From: Bacteroidales bacterium
Lineage (GTDB): Bacteria > Bacteroidota > Bacteroidia > Bacteroidales > Cfx3-03
DNA: 50,061 nt
Direction: 5' to 3'
NCBI GenBank assembly: GCA_023251485.1
Contig: JAHEYR010000003.1
Span: forward strand, 1-50,061
Within the stretch, counting starts at the first letter, position 1. Every line of letters starts with the position of its first letter. This document shows, piece by piece, positions 9,411 to 17,897 of the stretch. The position numbers and the translations under genes are program-made. The notes beneath the pieces are model-generated. The model was not told the origin of the DNA, made no database searches, and saw only the letters and a list, made by a program, of their open reading frames with translations.

Positions 9411-9493
9411 GTAGAGACGCACGGCCGTGCGTCTCTTTCATTTTTATTAAGATGCATATACATAAAAAAAGACGCACGGCTGTGCGTCTCTAC
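9411..9493. repeat. GTAG-type REP doublet (REPIN/BIME-like)
   Basis: GTAGAGACGCACGGCCGTGCGTCTCT (9411-9436) and an inverted copy AGACGCACGGCTGTGCGTCTCTAC (9470-9493); each is a self-palindrome with a GTAG foot. Confidence 0.85.
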
Positions 9494-9511
9494 AAAAAAA
9501 CACCGAAATCC

Positions 9512-10531
9512 TTAAGCTGAGAAATTCCAGAAAGGAGGCGTATTTACAATCTGATCAATCTTATCCAACTCTTCCCGGGTAAACTGTAGATTATTTAATG
9601 CCTTTAAGTTTTCATGGATCTGTGTAGGTGAACTGGTTCCGATCAAAACAGATGTTACTCTATCGTCAGTCAACTGCCATGCAATAGCCATCTGAGCAAG
9701 TGTCTGTCCTCTGTCGAGCGCTATATTATGCAGACTCTTCACCTTTTCGATAAGCGGCAACACCTGATTTACCTTCAAGAAGCCACTTTCTTTGGCAGCT
9801 CTTGAACCTTCAGGAATACCATTCAGGTATTTTTCAGTCAGAACGCCTTGAGCAAGTGGGGAGAATGAAATACATCCAACACCCTCTTTACGATGGAGTT
9901 CAAAAAGATCTTTTTCAGCATCACGAACCAACATCGAATATCGCAACTGATCAATTAAACAAGGCACACCAGCTTCGCGAAGTAACACCATGATCTTTTC
10001 AGCAGCATCCACCGGATATTTTGAGATAGCTACATAGAGTGCTTTCCCTGTTTTTACAGCTTGTACGAGCGCACTAACCGTCTCTTCGAGTGGGGTATTC
10101 GGGTCATAACGATGAGAATAAAAGACATCTACATAGTCGAGGTTCATTCTTTTCAGGCTCTGATCCAGACTAGCCAACATATGTTTGCGTGATCCCCATT
10201 CGCCATAAGGGCCAGGCCACATCTCGTGACAGGCTTTTGTAGATACAAAAAGTTCATCGCGATAGCTGCGCAGATCGTCTTTAAAGATACGGCCAAATGT
10301 CTCTTCAGCTGATCCGGGAGGTGGACCATAATTATTTGCAAGGTCAATATTGCATATACCATTATCAAAAGCCGTTAGCAGCATTTGACGAGAGTTGTTG
10401 TAAACATCTACATCGCCAAAGTTATGCCACAATCCTAAAGAGATAGCAGGCAAAAGAATACCACTTTTACCACATCTTCTATAAGGCATCTGTTTATAAC
10501 GACCTTCATTGGCCGAATAATTCTTCATCAT
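9512..10531 (-). CDS. aldo/keto reductase (L-glyceraldehyde-3-phosphate reductase YghZ/MgrA-like)
   Basis: LPAISLGLWHNFG, DLANNYGPPPGSAE, SLDQSLKRMNLDYVDVFYSHR, FSPLAQG. Confidence 0.92.
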   Translation of the reverse strand: MMKNYSANEGRYKQMPYRRCGKSGILLPAISLGLWHNFGDVDVYNNSRQMLLTAFDNGICNIDLANNYGPPPGSAEETFGRIFKDDLRSYRDELFVSTKACHEMWPGPYGEWGSRKHMLASLDQSLKRMNLDYVDVFYSHRYDPNTPLEETVSALVQAVKTGKALYVAISKYPVDAAEKIMVLLREAGVPCLIDQLRYSMLVRDAEKDLFELHRKEGVGCISFSPLAQGVLTEKYLNGIPEGSRAAKESGFLKVNQVLPLIEKVKSLHNIALDRGQTLAQMAIAWQLTDDRVTSVLIGTSSPTQIHENLKALNNLQFTREELDKIDQIVNTPPFWNFSA

Positions 10532-10545
10532 AATTATCTTAATTT

Positions 10546-12183
10546 TTACAATAAATATCTTGCAACGATAGGCATTCTTCGTCCTGAGCCAAATGCCTTA
10601 TAGGATACACGCAGAATAGGAGGCGTTTGCTGACGCTTCCATTCATTACTATTTACCATCTTCAAAACCCTGTTTACGATAGCCGCATCAAAACCTGCTT
10701 CAATAATTTCAGTGGGTCCCTGACGTTTTTCTATATAGAGATATAATATCTGATCGAGCAGATCATATTCAGGTAATGAATCTGAATCTTTCTGATCGGG
10801 TCGTAGTTCGGCAGAAGGAGGTTTGGTGATGCTATTTATGGGAATAATCTCCTCATTGCGATTGATATAGTGTGCCAGCTTGAAGACATCGGTTTTGTAG
10901 ACATCACCGAGCACAGAAATGCCACCACACATATCCCCATAAAGCGTTCCGTATCCAACAGCAGCCTCACTTTTATTCGAAGTATTCAACAATATATAGC
11001 CCAATTTATTGGCCATTCCCATCAAGAGGACGGCACGTGTTCGTGCCTGTATATTTTCTTCGGCAAGTCCAAACGGAATGCCATTAAACACGGGTTCCAA
11101 TGACTTCTCAAAGGCGGAGAAGGCTCCATCTATTGGGATGAGGTCGTATGGACAGTTTAAATTTTTTGCCAGTCCAACTGCATCATCAATAGAGTGTTCA
11201 GAAGAGTAACGCGAAGGAAGAAGAACCGCTCTGACGTTTTCCGCACCCAATGCCTCTGCAGCCAGTGCCAGTGTAACAGCTGAATCGATACCTCCAGAGA
11301 GTCCCAGTATTGCTTTTCCAAAATTCAATTTCTTGAAATAATCACGAATACCCATCACAAGGGCATCATGAATCAGTGCTATTTTATCAGGAGTAGTATT
11401 TTGAGGAGCGTTAACATCTGCTGCTAACTGATCGATATCGGTTACACAGAAATCCTCTTCAAAGAATTTAGTCATACACTGAACCACACCCTTCTTATCA
11501 ACAACCATCGAACCGCCATCGAATAGCAACTCGGTTTGGGCCCCGACATGATTTACATACACAAGTGGGATCTGGTATTTTGCCGTATTCCGAACCATGA
11601 TATCCAACCGCTCTTGCGCCTGCTCCGAATGAAAAGGAGAAGCGGCGATATTAATCATCACATCGGGGTTGAGGAGAGCCAGTTCATCCATAGGAGAAAG
11701 AATATAGAGTGGATTATCACTGATATTCCATAGGTCTTCGCAGATGGTCAGAGCTATATTCTTTCCTTTGAAAGGGATGATGGAAAACGAACGATTGGGT
11801 TCGAAATAACGATATTCATCAAAGATATCGTAAGTAGGTAGCAGTGTTTTATGAACCTCGGCCTCAATTTTGCCATTTGCCAGAAAGAAAGCCGAATTGT
11901 ATAAAGGCTTTCCCTTAGGATTTGGATTAATGGAAGGAGCACCAACGATAGCAGCAATATCCGTACATTGTGCTGCAATGATCTGAATCTGATCATAACA
12001 ACGACGGATGAAATCATCAAATTCAAGAAAATCTCTGGGTGGATATCCACAAATACAGAGTTCGGCAAAGACAACCAGATCAGCTTGCTGACTTTTGGCT
12101 TTTTGAATATGTTCAAGAATTTTGCGGGTATTACCTTCAAAATCTCCAATCAGGTAATTCACCTGAGCAAGCGCAATCTTCAT
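10546..12183 (-). CDS. nadE: glutamine-dependent NAD+ synthetase
   Basis: N-terminal nitrilase-like domain (EL..CGYPPRD, KTLLPTYDIFDEYRYF, ICEDLW) plus LGLSGGIDSA, ENIQAR, NKSE, GYGTLYGD, PSAELRPDQKD. Confidence 0.96.
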   Translation of the reverse strand: MKIALAQVNYLIGDFEGNTRKILEHIQKAKSQQADLVVFAELCICGYPPRDFLEFDDFIRRCYDQIQIIAAQCTDIAAIVGAPSINPNPKGKPLYNSAFFLANGKIEAEVHKTLLPTYDIFDEYRYFEPNRSFSIIPFKGKNIALTICEDLWNISDNPLYILSPMDELALLNPDVMINIAASPFHSEQAQERLDIMVRNTAKYQIPLVYVNHVGAQTELLFDGGSMVVDKKGVVQCMTKFFEEDFCVTDIDQLAADVNAPQNTTPDKIALIHDALVMGIRDYFKKLNFGKAILGLSGGIDSAVTLALAAEALGAENVRAVLLPSRYSSEHSIDDAVGLAKNLNCPYDLIPIDGAFSAFEKSLEPVFNGIPFGLAEENIQARTRAVLLMGMANKLGYILLNTSNKSEAAVGYGTLYGDMCGGISVLGDVYKTDVFKLAHYINRNEEIIPINSITKPPSAELRPDQKDSDSLPEYDLLDQILYLYIEKRQGPTEIIEAGFDAAIVNRVLKMVNSNEWKRQQTPPILRVSYKAFGSGRRMPIVARYLL

Positions 12184-12208
12184 AGTTTCAGATCAGTTGT
12201 AAAAAACA

Positions 12209-12901
12209 TCAAAAATAAACCCCGATATTGAATTCGAGAATATTCGAAATCATTTTAGGGTCACTGGTATTGTAAGGGCTTTTCTTAATAATATCTGTAA
12301 ATCCATTATTAAAATTCAAGCCACCAAACAGTTTTAAATTATCCTGAACAGCATATTCAGCGCCTATGCCAATCAAAAGACTCTCGCGAATAAACGCTGT
12401 AATATTATCACTATTGATATTTTCAGAGACTATCACTGCAGAACCAGAAGAAGGCGAAGTAGGGATAATCGTTCGATCAACTCGTGCATTTAAACGAAAT
12501 GCTGTTCCTAACCCCATCTGTCCATAAAAAGAAAGCTTATCCACCTCTCGTGTGCGTATCTTGAGCATAACAGGTAATTCGAGATATTTTATTGAATAGG
12601 TTTCCCTAAAATTAGCCGGAAGGTTATTATAGATCCCCGGATAAGTTGTTTTGCCGCCTGCAAAATGAATATTAAATCCGCCTACCCCATACAGATTATC
12701 CTGAATCGGAACGTCACAAAGGGCTCCCCATGAAAATCCAAGAATAGCACCATTTGAACTTACATTATCAGAATTAGACTTCAACCAACTTATATTAGGC
12801 CCCATTCTGAACGAGAAATAAAAAGGTTTTACATTCGACTGCCCATAAACAGCAGTTGAAAATAAAATCAATAAAGCGATCAATACTTTGGTAGTTTTCA
12901 T
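12209..12901 (-). CDS. porin-family (PorT-like) outer-membrane beta-barrel protein
   Basis: Signal peptide from MKTTKV (ATG at 12901); YLELPVMLK; C-terminal aromatic VYF. Confidence 0.82.
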   Translation of the reverse strand: MKTTKVLIALLILFSTAVYGQSNVKPFYFSFRMGPNISWLKSNSDNVSSNGAILGFSWGALCDVPIQDNLYGVGGFNIHFAGGKTTYPGIYNNLPANFRETYSIKYLELPVMLKIRTREVDKLSFYGQMGLGTAFRLNARVDRTIIPTSPSSGSAVIVSENINSDNITAFIRESLLIGIGAEYAVQDNLKLFGGLNFNNGFTDIIKKSPYNTSDPKMISNILEFNIGVYF

Positions 12902-13130
12902 CAGTAAGTAATTTTTAGATTTTAGGACTGATAAAACGCGCATATTAAAGTTACATCAGTGTAGTCGATTCAATAATATGCTCGTTTTACAACAAATTCA
13001 TTTCCCAAATAGACTAACAAAAAATAGGCCGAACTTTTTAATTCTCATTTAATCGTAGTGACAAAGAGCAAAATTACAAAACACTTTGCTCTAATTTGAA
13101 ATTTTTTGGCAAATTAGCATGATCTTTGTA

Positions 13131-13138
13131 TATATTTG
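13131..13138 (+). promoter_or_regulatory. Bacteroidota -7 promoter box
   Basis: TATATTTG (TAnnTTTG) upstream of the 13277 gene. Confidence 0.5.
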
Positions 13139-13276
13139 TAGTACAAATCAACAGTTGGATACACATATTAAAACTAGAAAGGCTAAGATTATCAACAATT
13201 AATGTGTCTTTAAGAATCTCAAATATTGATATCTGCGTTTGAATGATTAAAACATTTTAAAACTAAAACTAATATT

Positions 13277-13864
13277 ATGAAAAAGTTACTCGTATTATTA
13301 GCTGCTCTTTTAATAACAGGAGCTGTTAATGCACAATTCAGTTTTGGACCCAAAATAGGAGTTAACCTCGATCAGGTAACAACTAACCTCAATACGATTA
13401 ATGATCAAATGAAATCAGGACTTCAAGTAGGTGCTTTTTTCCGTTTAGGCTCTAAAGTCTACCTTCAACCTGAATTATTATACAGCACTGGTGGAGTTAA
13501 GCTATCAAATGTTCCGGTAGGCTCTCCAAGCGACATTAAACTAAACTCAATTGATGTACCCCTTCTCCTTGGCACAAAAATCATTAATCTTAAAGCAGTT
13601 AATGTAAGATTGATGGCTGGGCCGGTTGCTTCATTTATGATAGATAAAAAGGTAGATTATAATGGAGCTGTTGATGCTACAAAAGAAGTATCCATAAAAA
13701 ATGCAAATTGGAAGGCTCAATTTGGTGCAGGAATAGATGTACTGATGTTTACCCTTGATGTCCGCTACTCTTATTATCTTAATAAGCCATTGGACCAACA
13801 AGCAAATCAATTTGTCTGGAATAAAAACTCTGTCAATGTAACTTTAGGCTGGAAGTTATTCTAA
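13277..13864 (+). CDS. porin-family outer-membrane beta-barrel protein
   Basis: Signal peptide ending ANAQ-like (VNAQ); FGPKIGVN; YLQPELLYS; IDVPLLLG; C-terminal WKLF. Confidence 0.85.
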   Translation: MKKLLVLLAALLITGAVNAQFSFGPKIGVNLDQVTTNLNTINDQMKSGLQVGAFFRLGSKVYLQPELLYSTGGVKLSNVPVGSPSDIKLNSIDVPLLLGTKIINLKAVNVRLMAGPVASFMIDKKVDYNGAVDATKEVSIKNANWKAQFGAGIDVLMFTLDVRYSYYLNKPLDQQANQFVWNKNSVNVTLGWKLF

Positions 13865-13883
13865 ACCAAACCTTAATAAATAT

Positions 13884-13924
13884 AAGCAAAGGCTGTCCTG
13901 ATGATCAGGGCAGCCTTTGCTTTT
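13884..13924 (+). terminator. intrinsic terminator
   Basis: AAGCAAAGGCTGTCCTGA-tga-TCAGGGCAGCCTTTGCTTTT. Confidence 0.85.
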
Positions 13925-13963
13925 GTTAAGAAATTAAATCAAAAAACATTTATTGATAAACTG

Positions 13964-13971
13964 TACTTTTG
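13964..13971 (+). promoter_or_regulatory. Bacteroidota -7 promoter box
   Basis: TACTTTTG inside the computed TTG-start extension, which supports ATG 13989 as the true start. Confidence 0.5.
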
Positions 13972-13988
13972 CAGATATTTCAACACCC

Positions 13989-14999
13989 ATGCATATCCGA
14001 AGACTATCAAAGCTTTTTTTCATATTATTTGTAACACTTATCGCTGGTTGTCATCAAACAGACCAGCCTAAGTTCAAGGCAGATCTCTCAAAAGTAGACC
14101 TTCAACCCATAAAAATAAAGAGATACGACAAGGCTTTTTTCGCTGTTAACCCCTCGCATTTCAGAGAAGGACTCGTAGCCCTGGCTCCAAGCTATCCCCT
14201 TTTTCTAAAAATCAATTTGAATGATACATCAATCGTCAACGATCTAAGACGATTTGCAATCGACACTTCCATCCGAAAACTATCGGCAGATGTAGAGAAA
14301 AAGTATGCGGATATCTCACCGCTGGAAAATAATCTAACCGACGCATTCAAACGCACAGCATTCTTTTTCAAAGGATTCAAGGCACCACAGATCTACACCT
14401 ACGTTTCAGGACTGGATTATTTATATCCCATAAGATATGATGGCGACAATATGGCAATCAGCATTGATCTCTATTTAGGAAAAGATTACCTCCAATACAA
14501 AAAGGTACAGCTACCCAATTATAAGATCAGAAACATGACGCAAGAGCGTCTACTCCCCGATTGTATGACTGAAGTGGCTAAATTAATTCTCTCAACGATA
14601 AAACCCGGAAATACATTACTCGACAAAATGATATATGAAGGTAAAGTCTTAGTCTTTATGGATGCCGTCATACCCGAGACACCCGATAGTACAAAGATCG
14701 GATACACCTCAAGCCAATTACGTTGGAGCCAGCAAAACGCAAGTAATATATGGAAGTACTTTATCGAGAATAAACTACTCTATTCATCTAATCCAGAAGT
14801 CACTAAGAAATTCATTCAGGAAAGTCCTTTTACGGTATCCTTTGGAAGAGAGTCTGCTCCACGTTTTGGAGCATGGACAGGATGGCAGATTGTTCGCGAA
14901 TTCATGAACAAAAACAAGTCGGTAACCTTGGAACAACTGTTTAGAATGACCGATAGCCAAGCTATTCTTGAGAAATCAGGATATAAGCCCGAAGAATAA
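13989..14999 (+). CDS. gldB: gliding-motility lipoprotein GldB-like
   Basis: Lipobox IAGC; ISIDLYLG; LLDKMIYEGK; APRFGAWTGWQIV; ILEKSGYKP; close to nadE. Confidence 0.85.
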   Translation: MHIRRLSKLFFILFVTLIAGCHQTDQPKFKADLSKVDLQPIKIKRYDKAFFAVNPSHFREGLVALAPSYPLFLKINLNDTSIVNDLRRFAIDTSIRKLSADVEKKYADISPLENNLTDAFKRTAFFFKGFKAPQIYTYVSGLDYLYPIRYDGDNMAISIDLYLGKDYLQYKKVQLPNYKIRNMTQERLLPDCMTEVAKLILSTIKPGNTLLDKMIYEGKVLVFMDAVIPETPDSTKIGYTSSQLRWSQQNASNIWKYFIENKLLYSSNPEVTKKFIQESPFTVSFGRESAPRFGAWTGWQIVREFMNKNKSVTLEQLFRMTDSQAILEKSGYKPEE

Positions 15000-15009
15000 A
15001 CAATACCAA

Positions 15010-15189
15010 CTATTGATTATCCAGACGTGCTGATTTTCTATTCTCCAAATCATTGAGGAGTTCCCTTTTCTGGTCATTACTCATACGTGGCCATGAAACA
15101 ATTTCACGAATACTCCGTAAACAACCAAGGCAGGTTCCTTCAGTTGTCAATCCACATCTTCCAATACAGGGGCTTTCAATTTCACTCAT
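15010..15189 (-). CDS. DUF1289-family small Cys-rich protein (59 aa; absent from the ORF track)
   Basis: Translated by hand: MSEIESPCIGRCGLTTEGTCLGCLRSIREIVSWPRMSNDQKRELLNDLENRKSARLDNQ*, with the SPC-x3-C...CxGCxR-x3-EI-x2-W signature. Confidence 0.85.
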   Translation of the reverse strand: MSEIESPCIGRCGLTTEGTCLGCLRSIREIVSWPRMSNDQKRELLNDLENRKSARLDNQ

Positions 15190-15253
15190 TGTAAAATCAT
15201 GTAATAAATTACTGTCTAAACCCCTGTTTTAACCAGATTGTTCAATAGACAGT

Positions 15254-16378
15254 TTAAAGAATCAAATGAGGGACAAACCGACTTTTATTATCCGTTATCA
15301 GACTATTCGATTCACGAATTCCAATACCTGCTGGCTCCTGACCAATAATCCAGCTTCCAATCACAGGATAGTTTCCATTGAAATCAGGTAATTCACACAA
15401 CTGCTGGTAAATAAAACCCTCTTCGCCATACTCACCACCGGTATGTTCAATGGTATAATAGTCGCGAACCAATTCAATATTAGCTCCTTCACGCGACAAG
15501 ATAGGTTTCTTCACATAACTGGTTAAGCCGTTTTGCTCAAAGAAGGCAGGTAACAGATAAGGGCAGTCGGGAAAAAGTTTCCACAGTATTGGTAAAATGG
15601 CTTTGTTTGAAAGAATCATCTTCCATGACGGTTCTATCCAGAAGCTTTCAACCTCTTTCAGGTGTGGACCAAAATCCTCATTGACCAACCACTCATAGGG
15701 ATACAGCTTAAAGATATTCAACATCACATTCTCTTCAAGGTCAACAAATTCTCTTCGTCCATCATCCCATCCAATTTCATCCATGTAGATAAACCGGGCA
15801 TCCAAACCAGCCTGAATAGCACAATCGCGCATATATTGTGTTGTCGTAAAGTCTTCCAGAGAATCGCGGACACACGAAAGGTATAGTGGCGCAGGGTGAA
15901 GATAATCGGTCAGGTATTTCCATGTGTCGACCAGCTTCTCATGGATTGAATTAAACTGATCAGCCTTCGGATTAACATCTTGCAACCAATACCATTGCAC
16001 AATACTTCCTTCGAAAAGAGAAGTGGGTGTATCCGCATTGAATTCTAAAAGTTTGAGCGTAGACCCGTCAAAACTAAAATCAAAGCGACCATATATTGCC
16101 GGTGCATCATCATTCCAACTCTTCTCAATATTCGGGATAAACCATTGTGGAATATGAAACTGTGCATATAGTTTTTGGTCAATTACATATTGAACCGCCT
16201 CCAGACAACGATCCCAGAGTTCTGAAGTCGCTTTCTCGATGAGTTCAATCTCATGCATAGGAAAAGCGTAGTATGCACTCTCATCCCAATAAGTCTCTTC
16301 TAGCGTATGAAACTCAAACCCTACCTCTTCTACTTTCTGCTGCCAGTTTTCTCTGGGCTTTATCGTATAACGCTGCAT
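15254..16378 (-). CDS. glutathionylspermidine synthase-like ATP-grasp ligase (YgiC/YjfC family)
   Basis: YWDESAYY, IYGRFDF, KLLEFNADTPTSLFE, FKLYPYEW, ILSNKAIL, KPILSREGAN, ITDNKSRFVPH. Confidence 0.93.
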   Translation of the reverse strand: MQRYTIKPRENWQQKVEEVGFEFHTLEETYWDESAYYAFPMHEIELIEKATSELWDRCLEAVQYVIDQKLYAQFHIPQWFIPNIEKSWNDDAPAIYGRFDFSFDGSTLKLLEFNADTPTSLFEGSIVQWYWLQDVNPKADQFNSIHEKLVDTWKYLTDYLHPAPLYLSCVRDSLEDFTTTQYMRDCAIQAGLDARFIYMDEIGWDDGRREFVDLEENVMLNIFKLYPYEWLVNEDFGPHLKEVESFWIEPSWKMILSNKAILPILWKLFPDCPYLLPAFFEQNGLTSYVKKPILSREGANIELVRDYYTIEHTGGEYGEEGFIYQQLCELPDFNGNYPVIGSWIIGQEPAGIGIRESNSLITDNKSRFVPHLIL

Positions 16379-16402
16379 AACCTACAAATAAGAGTTAAGA
16401 AA

Positions 16403-16720
16403 TCAGGAAGAGACACTAAATGAGTTACTGCCAAATCCGCCACGTGAGATCGTTCCTTTGTAGCTATTCGAACCAATGTTTGCTCTTTCTGAAATACTTC
16501 CCGAATAAAACCCGGCTCTACGGTAAACACCATTTCGATACATTCCATAAGCATGGAAAGCACAAAAATAACCCATTCCATTTCCCATAGAATGAACATG
16601 AGAATAGTTTGCGGTAGAATCAGCACGCATAAACACCTGTTTACCTTGTTCCTCTTTTTGAGTACAAGCAGAAATAGCGGCCGTCAGTATAACGAGCTGA
16701 ATATATTTAGATTTCTTCAT
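16403..16720 (-). CDS. small YgiB/DUF1190-like lipoprotein
   Basis: Lipobox ISAC; Gly/Ser-rich tail TISRGGFGS; directly upstream of the YgiC-like gene. Confidence 0.75.
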   Translation of the reverse strand: MKKSKYIQLVILTAAISACTQKEEQGKQVFMRADSTANYSHVHSMGNGMGYFCAFHAYGMYRNGVYRRAGFYSGSISERANIGSNSYKGTISRGGFGSNSFSVSS

Positions 16721-16722
16721 CG

Positions 16723-17046
16723 CTATTTAACTGTAATGTAGAATTCGTAATCCTTTTTAACCGGAACAGTCTGCTTATCACCTTCATTATTCTCAACCTC
16801 CGTTTTCACTAAGCCAAGAGAAGGAATCGTATCCTTATGGACAATCACTTTACTGACTTTGCCAGCTGCCCATATCTTGTGTGTAGTAGTCAAAACATCT
16901 TGCTTATCGTTAAGATGTAATACCGTTAATGACGATTCTATCGAACCATCCTTTTTAACCTCTTTTGTTACATCTTCGTTGTCGCACCCCTGAAGAGCAA
17001 AAAACGTTAGAGACACCGTTAATAATAAAAAAACATTCTTCATCAT
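16723..17046 (-). CDS. hypothetical lipoprotein
   Basis: MMKNVFLLL...LQGC lipobox (ATG at 17046 or 17043); stop lies 2 nt from the next ATG. Confidence 0.75.
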   Translation of the reverse strand: MMKNVFLLLTVSLTFFALQGCDNEDVTKEVKKDGSIESSLTVLHLNDKQDVLTTTHKIWAAGKVSKVIVHKDTIPSLGLVKTEVENNEGDKQTVPVKKDYEFYITVK

Positions 17047-17331
17047 ATTACAAGCGTATATAGGTTTATAATCCCAAAAGTAATCAGAAAAGTATTTACT
17101 AATTAGAAAACACACAAAAAGCTCATCAAATTGCTATTGCATGCTTAAGGATAAAGTATGAAAAGACAGAGATGATGTCGGGAAGATTTTGACATCTCTG
17201 CACGACCATAGCGTGCCCATAAATAAAGTGGGTAAAATATCCGCAATAGCTAAGAATAGTCCATCGGCTACTACAACCGAACATTTTTTAATAACTACTT
17301 TTGCTGACTTAAAACAGCAACTATTATTTTA

Positions 17332-17772
17332 ATGGAAAAGACAATTATAGCACCCAAGCCTGTTTGTACAACGAGACTTGTAAAGGGTGAAGATTTAAAT
17401 CATCATGGAACACTATTTGCCGGAAGAACTGCAGAATGGTTTGTAGAAGCAGGCTTTATTTCAGCAGCTAAATTAGTAAACCCACAAGGGATTGTTTGTT
17501 TGAAAATTCATGGAATGTACTTCACACGACCTGCCCGTCCGGGTCAGATTCTAAATTTCACTTCAAAAATAGTTTTGACAGGAAGAAGTAGTTTGGTATC
17601 GTATATAGAGGTGAAGAAAGATGGCATCGTTGACCCTTTTGTTAGTGGGTTCATCACCTTTATCTATGTAAATGCAGAAACAAAACCGACCGCACATTAC
17701 ATTGAAATTGTACCGGAAACAGAAGAAGACAAAGAACTGCAAGAGCAAGCTAGAAAATTAAAATCAAAATAA
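17332..17772 (+). CDS. hotdog-fold acyl-CoA thioesterase
   Basis: DLNHHGTLFAG; F..P..PG; TGRSSL; TACTTTTG promoter box at 17296-17303. Confidence 0.85.
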   Translation: MEKTIIAPKPVCTTRLVKGEDLNHHGTLFAGRTAEWFVEAGFISAAKLVNPQGIVCLKIHGMYFTRPARPGQILNFTSKIVLTGRSSLVSYIEVKKDGIVDPFVSGFITFIYVNAETKPTAHYIEIVPETEEDKELQEQARKLKSK

Positions 17773-17897
17773 TTCCAGATTTTATTTCCGCTGATATTGC
17801 TTTGTTTTTTTGAGACTGTCAAGTATTTTAATTATGTATTTGCATTGAGATACATAATTAAAATACTTACCTTGCAGACAATATATAAATAACGGCC

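Noticed and set aside
13065-13092. Invertible promoter (AGAGCAAA/TTTGCTCT around a -7 box)
   Set aside because: The repeats are only 8 bp and 12 nt apart, too short to hold a promoter, and no recombinase is nearby. An operator or chance match is more likely.
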